The notes below the pieces were generated by a model. The model saw only the letters and a list, made by a program, of their open reading frames with translations, did no database searches and was not told the origin of the DNA. From NCBI GenBank assembly GCA_019358935.1, contig JAHHIK010000006.1, forward strand, positions 32,001 through 96,000: 64,000 bases of DNA. The letters run 5' to 3'. This document shows positions 18,735 to 30,465 of the stretch, piece by piece. Made by a program: the position numbers and the translations under genes. Every line of letters starts with the position of its first letter. The first letter of the stretch is position 1. The stretch is from Tolypothrix carrinoi HA7290-LM1 (GTDB lineage: Bacteria; Cyanobacteriota; Cyanobacteriia; Cyanobacteriales; Nostocaceae).

Positions 18735-20501
18735 ATGCAAATGGATTGGATTAGCTTACTGAAAGCTCAACAAGCTGACTTTCTTCAACGTGTGAAAAAA
18801 CCAAAGACTTATGACTTATCTTTGCTAGAGAGTCAAGTCAAAGGTTGTCACAGTGAAATTATGGCATTTTGGGGCGAATCATTGGCAAAATTGCTCAGTT
18901 TTGCTCGCTTCCAAGCCGAAATTCTCGCCAAAAATCCCCCACCGACACCACCGGAATATCCCGAACCCCCTGATTGGGTGATTCCCTTTCCCAAATATTT
19001 TCAGCAGCAAGCGGAAGATTATCTTTTGCGAGAACAAATCGTTCAGCGGGTGATAACTGAACGCTTGGGTAAGCTAGTTAAAAAAGTGCCACAAGACAGC
19101 TTGAAAAATATGGCATTAGATGAAGAGGGAAATTTACGCGGTGAAAGTAAATTCGCTTACTCGTTAGTAGATAATCCTGATGTTAGTATTCAAGTTTACG
19201 CTGCTGATGGAGAAAGCTTTAATGGCATCAAAAAAGACAAAATCAGGTGGACTGTTACTCAAGAAGATATACAGAATCATCAAGTATTGATTTTTCTCTG
19301 TTTGTTTTATCCGTTTACTGGTCAATTAGGCTACGAAAAGCAAGCGGTAATTACAGGTTTTTTGCCGTCAAATCAAATTCAATTTAGTGAGCCAAAAGTT
19401 AATGTAATTCCGAGTAACTTGTTATATGCAGGTGGGTTAAGTTGGTATTTAGAATCACTAATTGCCAAAAAAGATGCACCGCTAGGAGTTGATGAAATTG
19501 CGATCGCCGAAACGATTCAGACTTTATCAGCAGATCATCCCCTAAAAAACATTGTCGGTGATTGGGAATGCTGGCAGACTTTGACAGGACATTGTAGAGG
19601 CATTAATTGCCTTGCTTTCAGTCCAGGAGGGAAAAACGGCAATTTCCCGCCAATCTTGGCAAGCGGAAGTCGGGGAGAGACGAAGCTTTGGGACTTGACA
19701 AAAGGTGAGTTAATTGGTACTCTCTCAGAATACCAATGGAGTGTCTCCGGGGTAGTGGATGAAGTAAATTCCCTGACATTTAGTCCGGATGGACAAACGT
19801 TGGTGAGTGGTGGTGCAGACTCGACAATAAAGATTTGGCATTCGGGTGCTGTAGATTTGATAGATATTCTCCACAAGCACAATGGAATGGTGCGCTGTGT
19901 AGCTTTTACCCCAGATGGACGGATGTTAGCAACTGGGGGAGATGACAGAAAGATTTTGTTTTGGGATTTGATGCATCGACAGGTAGCGATCGCTCTTTCA
20001 TTAGATGATACCGCTGCTCATTCCCTCGCTTTTAGCCCAGATGGACAAACTTTAGTTACAGGTAGCTACCGTAAAATCAAAGTTTGGGATTTGTCATGTC
20101 AAGGTAAAGTAGCAACTTTCAACACCGAACCTTTGCACATCCTGATGGGACATTCTCACATAGTTCGTTCCCTGGCGGTGAGTAGAGATGATAATATTCT
20201 GGTGAGTGGAAGTCGAGATAAGACGATTAAGATTTGGGATTTAGAGACAGGGGAATTGCTTCGTACCCTTAAAGGACATCGAGATGGAGTTGATGCGATC
20301 GCTCTTAGTCCCGATGGAGAAATTATCGCTAGTGGTAGTTCAGATAAAACTATCAAATTGTGGCATCTACAGACAGGGGAACTGCTAGGTACTTTTAGAG
20401 GACATACCGACACAGTAACAGCTTTAGCGTTTACAGCTTCCGGGGAAATGTTGGTAAGTGGCAGCTTAGATAAAACAATTAAAATTTGGCAACGCAGTTA
20501 G
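18735..20501 (+). CDS. WD40-repeat protein with an uncharacterised N-terminal domain
   Basis: About 7 GH...WD repeats in the C-terminal half. Confidence 0.9.
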   Translation: MQMDWISLLKAQQADFLQRVKKPKTYDLSLLESQVKGCHSEIMAFWGESLAKLLSFARFQAEILAKNPPPTPPEYPEPPDWVIPFPKYFQQQAEDYLLREQIVQRVITERLGKLVKKVPQDSLKNMALDEEGNLRGESKFAYSLVDNPDVSIQVYAADGESFNGIKKDKIRWTVTQEDIQNHQVLIFLCLFYPFTGQLGYEKQAVITGFLPSNQIQFSEPKVNVIPSNLLYAGGLSWYLESLIAKKDAPLGVDEIAIAETIQTLSADHPLKNIVGDWECWQTLTGHCRGINCLAFSPGGKNGNFPPILASGSRGETKLWDLTKGELIGTLSEYQWSVSGVVDEVNSLTFSPDGQTLVSGGADSTIKIWHSGAVDLIDILHKHNGMVRCVAFTPDGRMLATGGDDRKILFWDLMHRQVAIALSLDDTAAHSLAFSPDGQTLVTGSYRKIKVWDLSCQGKVATFNTEPLHILMGHSHIVRSLAVSRDDNILVSGSRDKTIKIWDLETGELLRTLKGHRDGVDAIALSPDGEIIASGSSDKTIKLWHLQTGELLGTFRGHTDTVTALAFTASGEMLVSGSLDKTIKIWQRS

Positions 20502-20563
20502 CACTTGTAGTGACGCAATTCATTGCGTCTCTACCAAAAGAGCGGAGGAAGAAAACTTAGAAC

Positions 20564-20971
20564 TGGATTAATCACTCTTTGAGGTGGATTAATCACTCTT
20601 TGAGGTGGATGAATCACTCTTTGAGGTGGATGAATCACTCTTTGAGGTGGATGAATCACTCTTTGAGGTGGATGAATCACTCTTTGAGGTAGATGAATCA
20701 GTATCAAAGACTCTTTAATCACTCTTTGAGGTGGATGAATCACTCTTTGAGGTGGATTAATGAGTATCAGAACCTCATTAATGAGTATCAGAACCTCATT
20801 AATGAGTATCAGAACTCCATTAATGAGTATCAGAACCTCATTAATGAGTATCAGAACCTCTTTAATGAGTATCAGAACCTCTTTAATGAGTATCAGAACC
20901 TCATTAATGAGTATCAGAACCTCATTAATGAGTATCAGAACCTCATTAATGAGTATCAGAACCTCATTAAT
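20564..20971. repeat. Phased 21-bp tandem array with two unit types
   Basis: (TGGATKAATCACTCTTTGAGG) about 8 copies, then (CTCATTAATGAGTATCAGAAC) about 10 copies, with hybrid units; no spacers. Confidence 0.95.
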
Positions 20972-21145
20972 CTCAAATTTGTCTTAAACTCACATTTTAC
21001 ATCTCGCCGCCCACAAGCTACAAAATCCTTAAATTTATATAGTCAGCCTTCTCGGACTTTGTTTGTGTAATCGCGAATTTTATTCACCAAAGCTAATCTA
21101 GTTAAAAAGATTGTCTATGTAAAACTTTAGCAGTAAAACTAACTT

Positions 21146-21707
21146 ATGACAGTAGCCAGTAAACCTCAGCTGACATTAGACGAGTTCCTACAACTGCCAG
21201 AAACAAAGCCAGCATCAGAATTTCTCAATGGAGAAATTATTCAAAAGCCAATGCCTCAAGGTGAACATAGCTTACTTCAGACTACTATGAGCGAAGTAAT
21301 TAATAAAGTAGCCAAAAGCAAAAAAATTGCTTATGCATTCCCAGAATTACGCAGCACATTCGGAGGTAGTTCCATCGTCCCTGACGTGTCTGTGTTTCGT
21401 TGGGCAAGAATTCCCTTAACTTCATCAGGGAGAATTGCAAACCGCTTTTATCTTACTCCCGATTGGGCAATTGAAATTCTTTCTCCAGACCAAAGACAAA
21501 CAAAAGTGTTGAGTAACTTGTTGCATTGCTGCCGCAACGGTACTGAGCAAGTCGGGGTTAATATATCCAGAAGATGAAAGTATCCTAGCTGTGTTTCCCG
21601 GTCAGCAAGTCGAAATCTATACAGGTGCTTCTGGGTTGCCTATACTCAATGGTATCGAATTAGAACTGACAGTTGAAGAGATTTTTAGCTGGTTGACTCT
21701 GAGTTAG
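21146..21707 (+). pseudogene. Uma2 family endonuclease, frameshifted near 21550
   Basis: LPETKPASE, PDVSV, PDWAIEILSP; the normal C-terminus LIYPEDESIL...EIFSWL continues in the +1 frame to TAG 21707. Confidence 0.8.
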
Positions 21708-21915
21708 GACTTACGCATTACTCGTAGTAAGCGCTGTATAAGCTTATTTTAAGCACTTTAGTGCTTACTACGGCGCTTACTGCGAGTTTACATTTATGTT
21801 TTTTGTGCGATCGCGTAAGCAAATAAAAATATCCAGTAGGGTGCGTTACTGATAACGCACCCTACAATTAATGATTTAGGTTAATAATTTTATCAATGAG
21901 ATAGAGAAATAGTCT

Positions 21916-24900
21916 ATGGCGATGATATTCTCAAACTGGTGGAAAAATATTCAGGGGTTGAACTGGGCACAAGGGGCGGAGGTTACAAAAACTGGCGCAG
22001 AAGCCGCTAAAGTCGTCTTTGACCTAGCCAAAGCCATCAACGAGCAAAAATCGAAGGCAGAAGACCTTAAGCCCTACATCGCTCAAATATCGTCGCTATT
22101 AGATGTCATCAACGCACCACTCGGACAAATTGCTGGTTCAGTAATTCCCTTCGCACCCATCGCAATTACAACACTAAAGCTGATTGCTGACGCGACCAAA
22201 AAAGAGCCAAGTCCAGAAAGCTGTGTAATATTGGTTAGTCAGGTTGCTTATCTAGAAAGCTTAAAAGCAATTCTTAAAGAAGATTCGCAATTACAACAGC
22301 AAATTAATCAACAAAGCGCAGTTTCGGAAACTTTAGCTCGACAAATTAAGAAACTGGGTGAGCAAGAATTTGAGGAACGAGAAGCGAAAAAAGCTATTCT
22401 CTACTTCCACGAATCGAAATTAGCAGAAGCATTTAATCAAGTTTTACAGCAACGTTTGCAAGAAGCGGGTTTAATCGAGAAAGACGCAAAAACTGTAACC
22501 GAAAGAGTTGCGCGAAAAACCGATGAATATATGCTGACGGCATTGCTAAAAGTCGGCGATAAAGTCAAGCAACTAGTGCTATGGTATGGCACGGGAGGAA
22601 AAGAGCAACTAGAGAAATATCTGAGTATTGATGATTATTTAGAACAGGAAATTCAACCAAAGCCCGAAGAAAATATTTTTGATGAGACTTGTATCACCTT
22701 TCGGGATTTATATGTACAGTTGCAAGTTAAAGAACTGGATAATCAAAGCGATGTAAGTCTTGAACTGGAGGGTCTGGTTAAGTTAATGCTTTATAATCCA
22801 GATGTGAATAAACAGAAACAAGTTTTATTTATTCAAGGTGAAGCTGGACGCGGTAAAAGTGTCTTTTGTCGGATGTTTGCCGATTGGGTGCGGCAGAACT
22901 TGCATCCCAGTTTTACACCGATTTTGATTCGCTTGCGGGATGTGCGCGTACTCAAAGATAACTTAACTGAGACTTTAGAAAACTATTTAGAAAACGTTGA
23001 TTTTATTCAAAATGATTCCGGCTGGCTGACGGATAAAAACACCCGCTTTCTATTTTTCCTAGATGGCTTCGACGAACTATTATTAGAAGGACGAGCTAAC
23101 GGCTTAAAGGAATTTTTGGAACAGGTAGAGAAGTTTCAAAAAGATAGCTTTTGCCATCATCAATTTTTGGTTACAGGTCGTCCTTTAGCGCTGCAAGGAA
23201 TTGACCGCTTGCTCTCCCAAACCAAAAGCTTGAAGCGGGTCGAACTTCAGCCAATGAATGATTTAATTCGGCAAACATGGCTGAAGAAGTGGGCAGCTAA
23301 AGTTGGGACGCAAGAGGCAATTGATTTTCAGCAATTTTTGCAAGCTTGTCCTAATGAAATCAACGATAACTTAGCACGAGAACCTTTACTGCTTTATTTA
23401 CTCGCACGAATGCACCGAGAGCAACGTCTGAATGTGCAAATGTTTGAGGGTGCAGAAGGTATCAAAGCAAAAATCCGCATTTATAATGAATCGGTGAAAT
23501 GGGTATTAGAAGAACAGCGTAAAAGTGAAAATAAAAATGATAACTTGCGCTTGACGGAATTAGAAAGCGAAGATTTGCGTCAATTTATGACAGAAGCTGC
23601 TTTGTGTGTGGTGCAGTCGGGAAATGAATCTGCAAAAGTGACGATGTTAGAAACACGACTCAAAGTTAGCAATAGCCCAGCAGCAAAGTTAATTCCGCAA
23701 GCCAGAGAGAATTCTCAGGAAAATAAGAAGCTACTCAATAATTTGTTAACCGCATTTTACATCAAAGCAGCTTCAGGTGATAAAGATGGTTCCGTGGAGT
23801 TTGTCCACAAGAGTTTTAGTGAGTTTTTATTCGCAGAACGGTTAATAGAAAGCTTTATAGATTGGACAACGAAAGTAAGCAAGCGTCACCGTGAAGAAAA
23901 TTCAGTTTCCACAGAGGTGATGGATAGGGAAATTTACGATTTATTCGGCTATGGGAATTTAACCCCGGAAATTGTCGAATATTTAATGGGGTTGTTTGCC
24001 GAGACTTCTGAATTTCAAGATGTAGAACGCTTGTGTAAACTGTTTGAACGATTAGAGCATTTCTACTTGCGTTGGTGCGATGGGGAATTTATTGATGCGG
24101 AAGATGCAAATTTGCCGCAGATGAAGAAAAAGCAATTAAGGGAGCAATTACCAGACAGAGAAAATCACTTGGGTTTGCGACAAGTGGATGTTTGTGCAGG
24201 GTTGAATGTGATGATTTTGCTTTTAGAGTTGCATCGCTATGCTCAAAGAAAAGATGATCTGAAAGAGAAAATCAGCTTTCACCCCTGCGGTAAACTTAGT
24301 ACTGGTGAACTTGACCGACGACGCTTGCTTCGTATTATCGGCTATAGTCACTGTTTGGGCGTTTATGCCTTTCGCAAAAACTTGGGATTATTTCTCAGCC
24401 GTGCCGACCTCAGCCATGCCAACCTCAGCCGTGCCGACCTCAGCGATGCCAATCTCAGCGATGCCAACCTCAGCGATGCCAACCTCAGCGATGCCAACCT
24501 CAGCGATGCCAACCTCAGCGATGCCAACCTCAGCGATGCCAACCTCAGCGGTGCTAACCTCAGCTTTGCTAACCTCAGCTTTGCCAACCTCAGCGGTGCT
24601 AACCTCAGCTTTGCCTACCTCAGCGGTGCCAACCTCAGCGGTGCCAACCTGAGCTTTGCCAACCTCAGCCTTGCCAACCTCAGCGATGCCAACCTCAGCG
24701 GTGCCAACCTCAGCCTTGCCAACCTCAGCCGTGCCAACCTGAGCTTTGCCAACCTCAGCTTTGCCAACCTCAGCCGTGCCAACCTGAGCTTTGCCAACCT
24801 CAGCCGTGCCAACCTCAGCCGTGCCAACCTCAGCCGTGCCGACCTGAAAGCAGTTGTATGGAACAGTGACACAAAATGGCTCTGTGCTAAAGGGCTGCAT

Positions 24901-25371
24901 GAAGCAGTAAACGTATCTACATTAATGCAAAACCCAGCTTTTGCAGCGGCTGTTTCCTTAAGTCAGGGTATCAGTTTGGTAAAAGAGGGCAAGGTTAAAG
25001 AAGCACAAAACGCTTTCAAGCAAGCTCTCAGCTACGACCCTAGTTTAAATGACTCTGCCGAATATTGGCATAGCATCTGCTCGGTTGGCAGCGTACATGG
25101 TCATGCGAAAGGTGTTCTCCGCTACTGTGAAAAAGCTGTTACTCTAGACCCTGATAATAAAGGCTATCAAGACAGTCGAGGGCTGGCTAGAGTACTTACA
25201 GGCGACTTAGTAGGGGCATTAGAAGACTTTCGGGCTGCTGTTGACAGTGGCGCACTTGATTACTCAGAGGATGTGAAGCAGCGCCGGCTACGCTGGATAA
25301 AAGCACTTGAGTTAGGAAATAATCCCCTCACACCAGAGGAATTAGAGGAACTGCGACAAACTGAAGCCTAG
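21916..25371 (+). CDS. NACHT (STAND) NTPase with pentapeptide repeats and C-terminal TPRs
   Basis: Walker A GEAGRGKS, Walker [24 protein letters not shown]; about 30 A(N/D)LSx repeats (24394-24846); TPR-like tail. Confidence 0.9.
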   Translation: MAMIFSNWWKNIQGLNWAQGAEVTKTGAEAAKVVFDLAKAINEQKSKAEDLKPYIAQISSLLDVINAPLGQIAGSVIPFAPIAITTLKLIADATKKEPSPESCVILVSQVAYLESLKAILKEDSQLQQQINQQSAVSETLARQIKKLGEQEFEEREAKKAILYFHESKLAEAFNQVLQQRLQEAGLIEKDAKTVTERVARKTDEYMLTALLKVGDKVKQLVLWYGTGGKEQLEKYLSIDDYLEQEIQPKPEENIFDETCITFRDLYVQLQVKELDNQSDVSLELEGLVKLMLYNPDVNKQKQVLFIQGEAGRGKSVFCRMFADWVRQNLHPSFTPILIRLRDVRVLKDNLTETLENYLENVDFIQNDSGWLTDKNTRFLFFLDGFDELLLEGRANGLKEFLEQVEKFQKDSFCHHQFLVTGRPLALQGIDRLLSQTKSLKRVELQPMNDLIRQTWLKKWAAKVGTQEAIDFQQFLQACPNEINDNLAREPLLLYLLARMHREQRLNVQMFEGAEGIKAKIRIYNESVKWVLEEQRKSENKNDNLRLTELESEDLRQFMTEAALCVVQSGNESAKVTMLETRLKVSNSPAAKLIPQARENSQENKKLLNNLLTAFYIKAASGDKDGSVEFVHKSFSEFLFAERLIESFIDWTTKVSKRHREENSVSTEVMDREIYDLFGYGNLTPEIVEYLMGLFAETSEFQDVERLCKLFERLEHFYLRWCDGEFIDAEDANLPQMKKKQLREQLPDRENHLGLRQVDVCAGLNVMILLLELHRYAQRKDDLKEKISFHPCGKLSTGELDRRRLLRIIGYSHCLGVYAFRKNLGLFLSRADLSHANLSRADLSDANLSDANLSDANLSDANLSDANLSDANLSDANLSGANLSFANLSFANLSGANLSFAYLSGANLSGANLSFANLSLANLSDANLSGANLSLANLSRANLSFANLSFANLSRANLSFANLSRANLSRANLSRADLKAVVWNSDTKWLCAKGLHEAVNVSTLMQNPAFAAAVSLSQGISLVKEGKVKEAQNAFKQALSYDPSLNDSAEYWHSICSVGSVHGHAKGVLRYCEKAVTLDPDNKGYQDSRGLARVLTGDLVGALEDFRAAVDSGALDYSEDVKQRRLRWIKALELGNNPLTPEELEELRQTEA

Positions 25372-25527
25372 GTTGTAAATACAGGGTAATATTTAACGAA
25401 GACTCTGCGATCCTCCGCGCTTACCTTTGCGTCCCTCTGCGTTTAAAAAGGATTTGTGATTTTCCATCCACAGGGAAACGCAATCCGCCAGTTAAAATCA
25501 AGATAGCTTCCATCCGTGAGGTCGATT

Positions 25528-26325
25528 ATGCGATCGCCATTTCCAGGAATGAACCCCTACCTGGAGCAACCTATTTTCTGGTCAGAGTTTCACAGCCGTT
25601 TGATCGTAGCGATCGCTGATGCTCTTGCCCCAAAGTTGCTACCCAAATACTACATTGGCGTGGAGACGCGCACTTATCTAGACACTGCTGATGAAGAGCT
25701 ATTAATCGGAATTCCAGATGCGGTTGTCCTTTCATCAATAAGCAGGCAGCCCTCTGACCAAATTAGCTCAAAAGAAACTACTCAAGTTGCTGTCTACGCT
25801 CGTCCTCAACAAATCACTTTGCCCATGCCAGTAGAAGTCAAAGAGCGATACCTGGAAGTGAGGGAAACTAAAACAGATGCTGTAATTACAGTCATTGAAA
25901 TTTTATCACCTAAAAATAAACGCAAAGGCAAGGGGCGCTCTATTTACGAACAGAAGCGTCATTCGATTTTAGGAAGTATGTCTCATTTAGTTGAAATAGA
26001 CTTGCTTCGAGCAGATGAACCAATGGCAATGAAAGGGGTTGATTCCATAACTGACTATCGAATTGTAGTCAGTCAGCATGAGCGGCGCCCCATAGCAGAT
26101 TTATATGCTTTTACAATGCGTGAGGCAATTCCTGAGTTTTTACTACCCCTCAAAGAACCTCAAGAAGTAACAACTGTAAATTTACAATCTATCGTTAGTG
26201 GTATTTATGAGCGAGGCGGTTACGCTATCCGCATTGACTACCAACAAGCAGTTCCTCCCCCAGCACTATCACAAGGCGATCGGCGATGGGTTGAGGAACT
26301 ACTTGCTTCGCGGTGTCAAAATTGA
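25528..26325 (+). CDS. DUF4058 family protein (PD-(D/E)XK-like)
   Basis: MRSPFPGMNPYLE, PDA, ERYLEVR, VIEILSPKNK, HLVEIDLLR. Confidence 0.88.
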   Translation: MRSPFPGMNPYLEQPIFWSEFHSRLIVAIADALAPKLLPKYYIGVETRTYLDTADEELLIGIPDAVVLSSISRQPSDQISSKETTQVAVYARPQQITLPMPVEVKERYLEVRETKTDAVITVIEILSPKNKRKGKGRSIYEQKRHSILGSMSHLVEIDLLRADEPMAMKGVDSITDYRIVVSQHERRPIADLYAFTMREAIPEFLLPLKEPQEVTTVNLQSIVSGIYERGGYAIRIDYQQAVPPPALSQGDRRWVEELLASRCQN

Positions 26326-26441
26326 GCCTCACACCCTGAAGGGTGCGGCTATACTAACAAAGTCCGCCTACGCGGACTTAATATCTAAAAGCCTGCGGAG
26401 GCAGGCTTTGTTCGTAGAGCCAGCGGCTTCTAGCCTGCGGG
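26324..26441. repeat. Multi-hairpin MITE/REP-like element
   Basis: CACCCTGAAGGGTG, AAGTCCGCCTACGCGGACTT and AAAGCCTGCGGAGGCAGGCTTT hairpins in series. Confidence 0.6.
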
Positions 26442-26480
26442 CATTTACCGATTATCGCCGCAACTCTATTGAGGATGAAA

Positions 26481-26515
26481 AAAAGCGATCGCCCACCAAA
26501 TAAGCGATCGCTTTT
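26481..26515. terminator. Putative bidirectional terminator between convergent DUF4058 and ftsH
   Basis: AAAAGCGATCGC...GCGATCGCTTTT stem built from two HIP1 sites. Confidence 0.45.
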
Positions 26516-26550
26516 ATTTATGACAGCACTCTTCGTGCTGACTACGAATT

Positions 26551-28488
26551 TTAATTCAACACATATTGCATCAAAGGCTTATCTTCCGACACCTTCCCAG
26601 ATCGCAACCATTCATTAAGTTCGCTCGGTGCTTTCGCTCTTGCAAGTCTTTCCCGCAATTCTACACCTTCGAGAACTTCGTGTTGCAGCAATTCCTCTGC
26701 GGTTTCTTCTAACAAGTCGCGGTTATCTTGTAAAATGGTTAAAGCAATGTGGTGTGCATTATCCACAATCTGCTTCATCTCGCGGTCAATTTCCTCAGCC
26801 ACTTTCGGACTAATCGAGCGACGCGGATTGCTGTAACCTTCGATAAACTGTTGTTGCGTCTTCTCAAAAGCCAGAGGACCGAGTTTATCACTCATCCCGT
26901 AGACAGTAACGTAACGTTCTGCCATATCTGTGGCTTTCTGGATGTCGTCACCCGCACCTGTGGAAACTTTACCAAACACGACTTCTTCAGCAGAACGTCC
27001 ACCCAACAAAGTGGCAATCCGTCCGCGAATTTCGTCTTCAACCATCAAGAAGCGGTCTTCTTCCGGCATTTGAATTGTATAACCCAAAGCACCTACACCA
27101 CGCGGCACAATCGAGATTTTCTCAACTTTACCAGCTCCGGGCATTAATGCACCGATGATGGCGTGACCAACTTCGTGATAAGCTACAGTCTTCTTCTCAG
27201 TTTCATTGAGTACGCGCGATCGCTTTTCTAAACCGGCAATCAACCGCTCGATCGCTTCGTTGAAATCTGCCATAATCACAGCTTCCCGATTTTGACGCGC
27301 TGCTAATAATGCGGCTTCATTTACCAAGTTCGCTAAATCTGCCCCAGCAAAGCCAGGTGTGCGGATAGCAATAGTAGCTAAGTTGACATCCTCAGCTAAT
27401 TTGACGTTTCTCGCATGAACATTGAGAATCGCTTCCCGACCAATTTTATCAGGACGGTCTACGACAACTTGGCGGTCAAAGCGTCCCGGACGACGCAAAG
27501 CTGGATCTAACACTTCTGGACGGTTGGTAGCAGCGATGATAATTACACCTGTGTTGGCATCAAAGCCGTCCATTTCTGTGAGTAACTGGTTCAGGGTTTG
27601 TTCGCGTTCATCGTTACCACCGACGAATCCACCAGCACCACCGCGAGATTTACCGAGTGCGTCTAACTCGTCGATAAAAACGATACAAGGTGCTTGTTTT
27701 TTCGCTTGTTCAAACAAATCGCGCACCCGTGCAGCACCGACACCAACGAATAATTCGATAAACTCGGAACCGGAGATACTGAAGAAAGGAACACCAGCTT
27801 CTCCTGCGATCGCCTTGGCTAACATTGTCTTACCCGTTCCTGGAGGTCCCACCAGCAACGCACCTTTAGGTATTTTCGCACCTAAGCGGGTATATTTGTC
27901 AGCATTTTTCAGAAAATCAACAATCTCTTCTAGCTCGACTTTAGCTTCATCGACACCAGCCACATCTGTAAATTTGACACCAGTGCTGCCATCAGAAGAA
28001 ATCCGCGCTTTGCTTTTACCTACCGTCAGTGCAGCCGCACCACCTCCCTGACGATTGAGGAAAAAGCCCCAAATAGCAATAAAAATTAACGGGGGAACTA
28101 CCCAACTAATTAAAGTACCAATCCAAGCATTTTGATCTGGTTGTGGTGCAGCAAATTGTACATTATGCTCGCGAAGAATCTTCGGTAAATCCAGATCGTA
28201 AGCTACTGGTGTAGTTTGGAATATTTGGGAAGCTGGCTTACCATCTGGGGTTTGCGTCGGAATTGAATATTCAATGCGCGAGCTTCCAATAATTGCCTTA
28301 TCTACTTTACCAGCTTCCACAGCCGTAATAAAATCACTATAAGCAACTTGTGGCGATCGCGTACTGTTGAAGCTAGGAACAATAAAGTTAAGCAATAACA
28401 GAATAGTCAGCAGAATCAGGAAACTGCCGCCAAACTGCCTAACTCTCGGCGGTTTGATGGGGCTTTTGTTATTTTTTTCTACAGGCAT
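26551..28488 (-). CDS. ftsH: ATP-dependent zinc metalloprotease FtsH (FtsH4-like)
   Basis: [28 protein letters not shown]; start ATG 28488, the longer ORF including STRR sequence. Confidence 0.96.
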   Translation of the reverse strand: MPVEKNNKSPIKPPRVRQFGGSFLILLTILLLLNFIVPSFNSTRSPQVAYSDFITAVEAGKVDKAIIGSSRIEYSIPTQTPDGKPASQIFQTTPVAYDLDLPKILREHNVQFAAPQPDQNAWIGTLISWVVPPLIFIAIWGFFLNRQGGGAAALTVGKSKARISSDGSTGVKFTDVAGVDEAKVELEEIVDFLKNADKYTRLGAKIPKGALLVGPPGTGKTMLAKAIAGEAGVPFFSISGSEFIELFVGVGAARVRDLFEQAKKQAPCIVFIDELDALGKSRGGAGGFVGGNDEREQTLNQLLTEMDGFDANTGVIIIAATNRPEVLDPALRRPGRFDRQVVVDRPDKIGREAILNVHARNVKLAEDVNLATIAIRTPGFAGADLANLVNEAALLAARQNREAVIMADFNEAIERLIAGLEKRSRVLNETEKKTVAYHEVGHAIIGALMPGAGKVEKISIVPRGVGALGYTIQMPEEDRFLMVEDEIRGRIATLLGGRSAEEVVFGKVSTGAGDDIQKATDMAERYVTVYGMSDKLGPLAFEKTQQQFIEGYSNPRRSISPKVAEEIDREMKQIVDNAHHIALTILQDNRDLLEETAEELLQHEVLEGVELRERLARAKAPSELNEWLRSGKVSEDKPLMQYVLN

Positions 28489-28750
28489 TTTTTTGATGTA
28501 CCCTCTGAATTTTGGGGGAATGGGCAATGGGCATGGGGCATGGGGCAATGGGCATGGAAAGAATCGTATTAAAACGCGCATGACTTTCTTAAACTTCTTT
28601 AATTGTCAATGCCCATTGCCCATTGCCCATTGCCCTTTCCCCTCTTTTGAAATGTAAAGCTTTGTAACTATAGGTTTATTGTAGAGACTGGGACATGCAG
28701 CCTTATTTAGTGTCAACCCCACTCAAAAATGCGTATAGCCGTACTAGATT

Positions 28751-28936
28751 ATGGAAAATCAAACTGGATTTGTGGTGAAAGTGTTTGTAGTGTCGGCTTT
28801 GCTGTCGTTGCTGATTAGATATATCGGTCCGAGTATTGGGATTGGGGGGACGACAACCAACGTATTAATTATGGTTTTGTCACCGAGTTTGATTATGGCG
28901 ATCGCATTATTGTCGCGACTCCCCAGTAAGGGATAG
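28751..28936 (+). CDS. Small conserved membrane protein
   Basis: 61 aa with two hydrophobic helices; KVFVVSALLSLLIRY.GP pattern. Confidence 0.65.
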   Translation: MENQTGFVVKVFVVSALLSLLIRYIGPSIGIGGTTTNVLIMVLSPSLIMAIALLSRLPSKG

Positions 28937-29121
28937 GGGGAGGGGGGGATGGGGGGACAAGGAGGACAAGGAGGACAAGGAAGACAAGGAAGACAAGGGG
29001 GAGTAATAACTCCTAACTCTTAACTCCTAACTCCTAACTCCTAACTCCTAACTCTTAACTCTTAACTCCTAACTCCTAACTCTTAACTCCCCACTCCCCA
29101 CTCCCCACTCCCCACTCCCCA
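28937..29121. repeat. Composite tandem repeats (GGACAAGGA, TAACTCC, CCCCACT)
   Basis: Visible 9-mer and 7-mer runs. Confidence 0.9.
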
Positions 29122-29204
29122 GATACAAGCGGAAATTGCAAAAATCGGCTAATCTAACTGCATTAAAAGCAAAACGCATCCCGCCAACAGTTCGGAGACA
29201 GCCT

Positions 29205-30335
29205 GTGAATTTAGGTCAATGGATCGGCTTAATCGCCCTCGTTATCTCTTTATACATATTGTGGCAGATAAAGGAAGTACTTTTACTGATGTTTGCCGCG
29301 ATTGTATTAGCCACCACCTTAAATCGGCTGGCGAAACGCTTGCAGCGCATGGGGATGGCACGGGGACTTGCCGTTATTTTATCGGTGGGGATTTTTCTTG
29401 CCGTCGTCGTAGGCTTTTTCTGGCTGATTGTACCGCCTTTTACACAGCAGTTCCAAGAACTAACATATCGGGTTCCCCAAGGGTTTCAACGGTTCAATAC
29501 TTGGCTCGATCAAGCAGAAACTCGCATTCCAACTCAACTGACACCATATATACCTGATGTAAATAGTTTAATTCAACAAGCGCAACCTTTCATAAATCGC
29601 GCTTTGGGAAGTTCTTTTACGTTTGTTTCTGGCACTTTAGAAGTAGTTTTGAAAATTTTGCTGGTGTTAGTTTTAACAGGAATGTTTTTAGCCGATCCCG
29701 CAGCTTACCGCAAAGTATTTATACGGCTGTTTCCCTCATTTTATCGGCGACGGGTAGATGGTATTTTAGATAAATGTGAACTCTCATTAGGGGGATGGGT
29801 AGTAGGCGCTTTGATTGCGATGAGTGTAGTGGGATTGTTAAGTGTAACTGGCTTATCAATTTTAGGTGTGAAAGCAGCGCTAGCTTTAGGAGTGTTGGCG
29901 GGATTTTTGAACTTGATTCCCAACCTGGGTCCAACGATGAGTGTAATTCCGGCAATGGCGATCGCGCTTTTAGATGCACCTTGGAAATCTCTTGTTGTCT
30001 TCGCTCTCTACTTTATTATTCAGCAAATAGAAAGTAATTTCCTCACCCCGATTGTCATGGCACGTCAGGTGTCATTGCTTCCCGCAGTCACCTTAATTTC
30101 TCAACTTTTCTTTGTCACATTCTTTGGCTTTTTAGGATTATTCTTAGCGTTACCCTTAACCGTTGTCGCTAAAATTTGGGTGCAAGAAGTCTTAATTAAA
30201 GATGTTTTAGATCAATGGGGAAATAAATCTAACAGAGAAACAGAATTAGTCCTTGTTTCTGACCAGCGTTCTCTAGATGCTAACCAAACAATTGAAACAC
30301 ATCCGTCAGAAAATCCCCAGAAAGAAGATAAATGA
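29205..30335 (+). CDS. AI-2E family transporter
   Basis: NLIPNLGP, QQIESNFLTP, GFLGLFLALP. Confidence 0.9.
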   Translation: MNLGQWIGLIALVISLYILWQIKEVLLLMFAAIVLATTLNRLAKRLQRMGMARGLAVILSVGIFLAVVVGFFWLIVPPFTQQFQELTYRVPQGFQRFNTWLDQAETRIPTQLTPYIPDVNSLIQQAQPFINRALGSSFTFVSGTLEVVLKILLVLVLTGMFLADPAAYRKVFIRLFPSFYRRRVDGILDKCELSLGGWVVGALIAMSVVGLLSVTGLSILGVKAALALGVLAGFLNLIPNLGPTMSVIPAMAIALLDAPWKSLVVFALYFIIQQIESNFLTPIVMARQVSLLPAVTLISQLFFVTFFGFLGLFLALPLTVVAKIWVQEVLIKDVLDQWGNKSNRETELVLVSDQRSLDANQTIETHPSENPQKEDK

Positions 30336-30465
30336 AGTGTTGATAATTTGTAGGAGCGTAGTTAGTGTGAGCGTCGATAACTATTGGCTGTTGACCATCA
30401 ATCAACAACGCTCCAACTAACTACTAACTACTAACTACTAACTACTAACTACTAACTACTAACAT

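Noticed and set aside
20564..20971. CRISPR array
   Set aside because: Units abut directly with no unique spacers, and there are no cas genes in the window.
24305..24900. Alternate-frame repetitive ORFs (SAMPT, LRLA, AEVG repeats)
   Set aside because: By-products of the stop-free 15-bp pentapeptide repeat.
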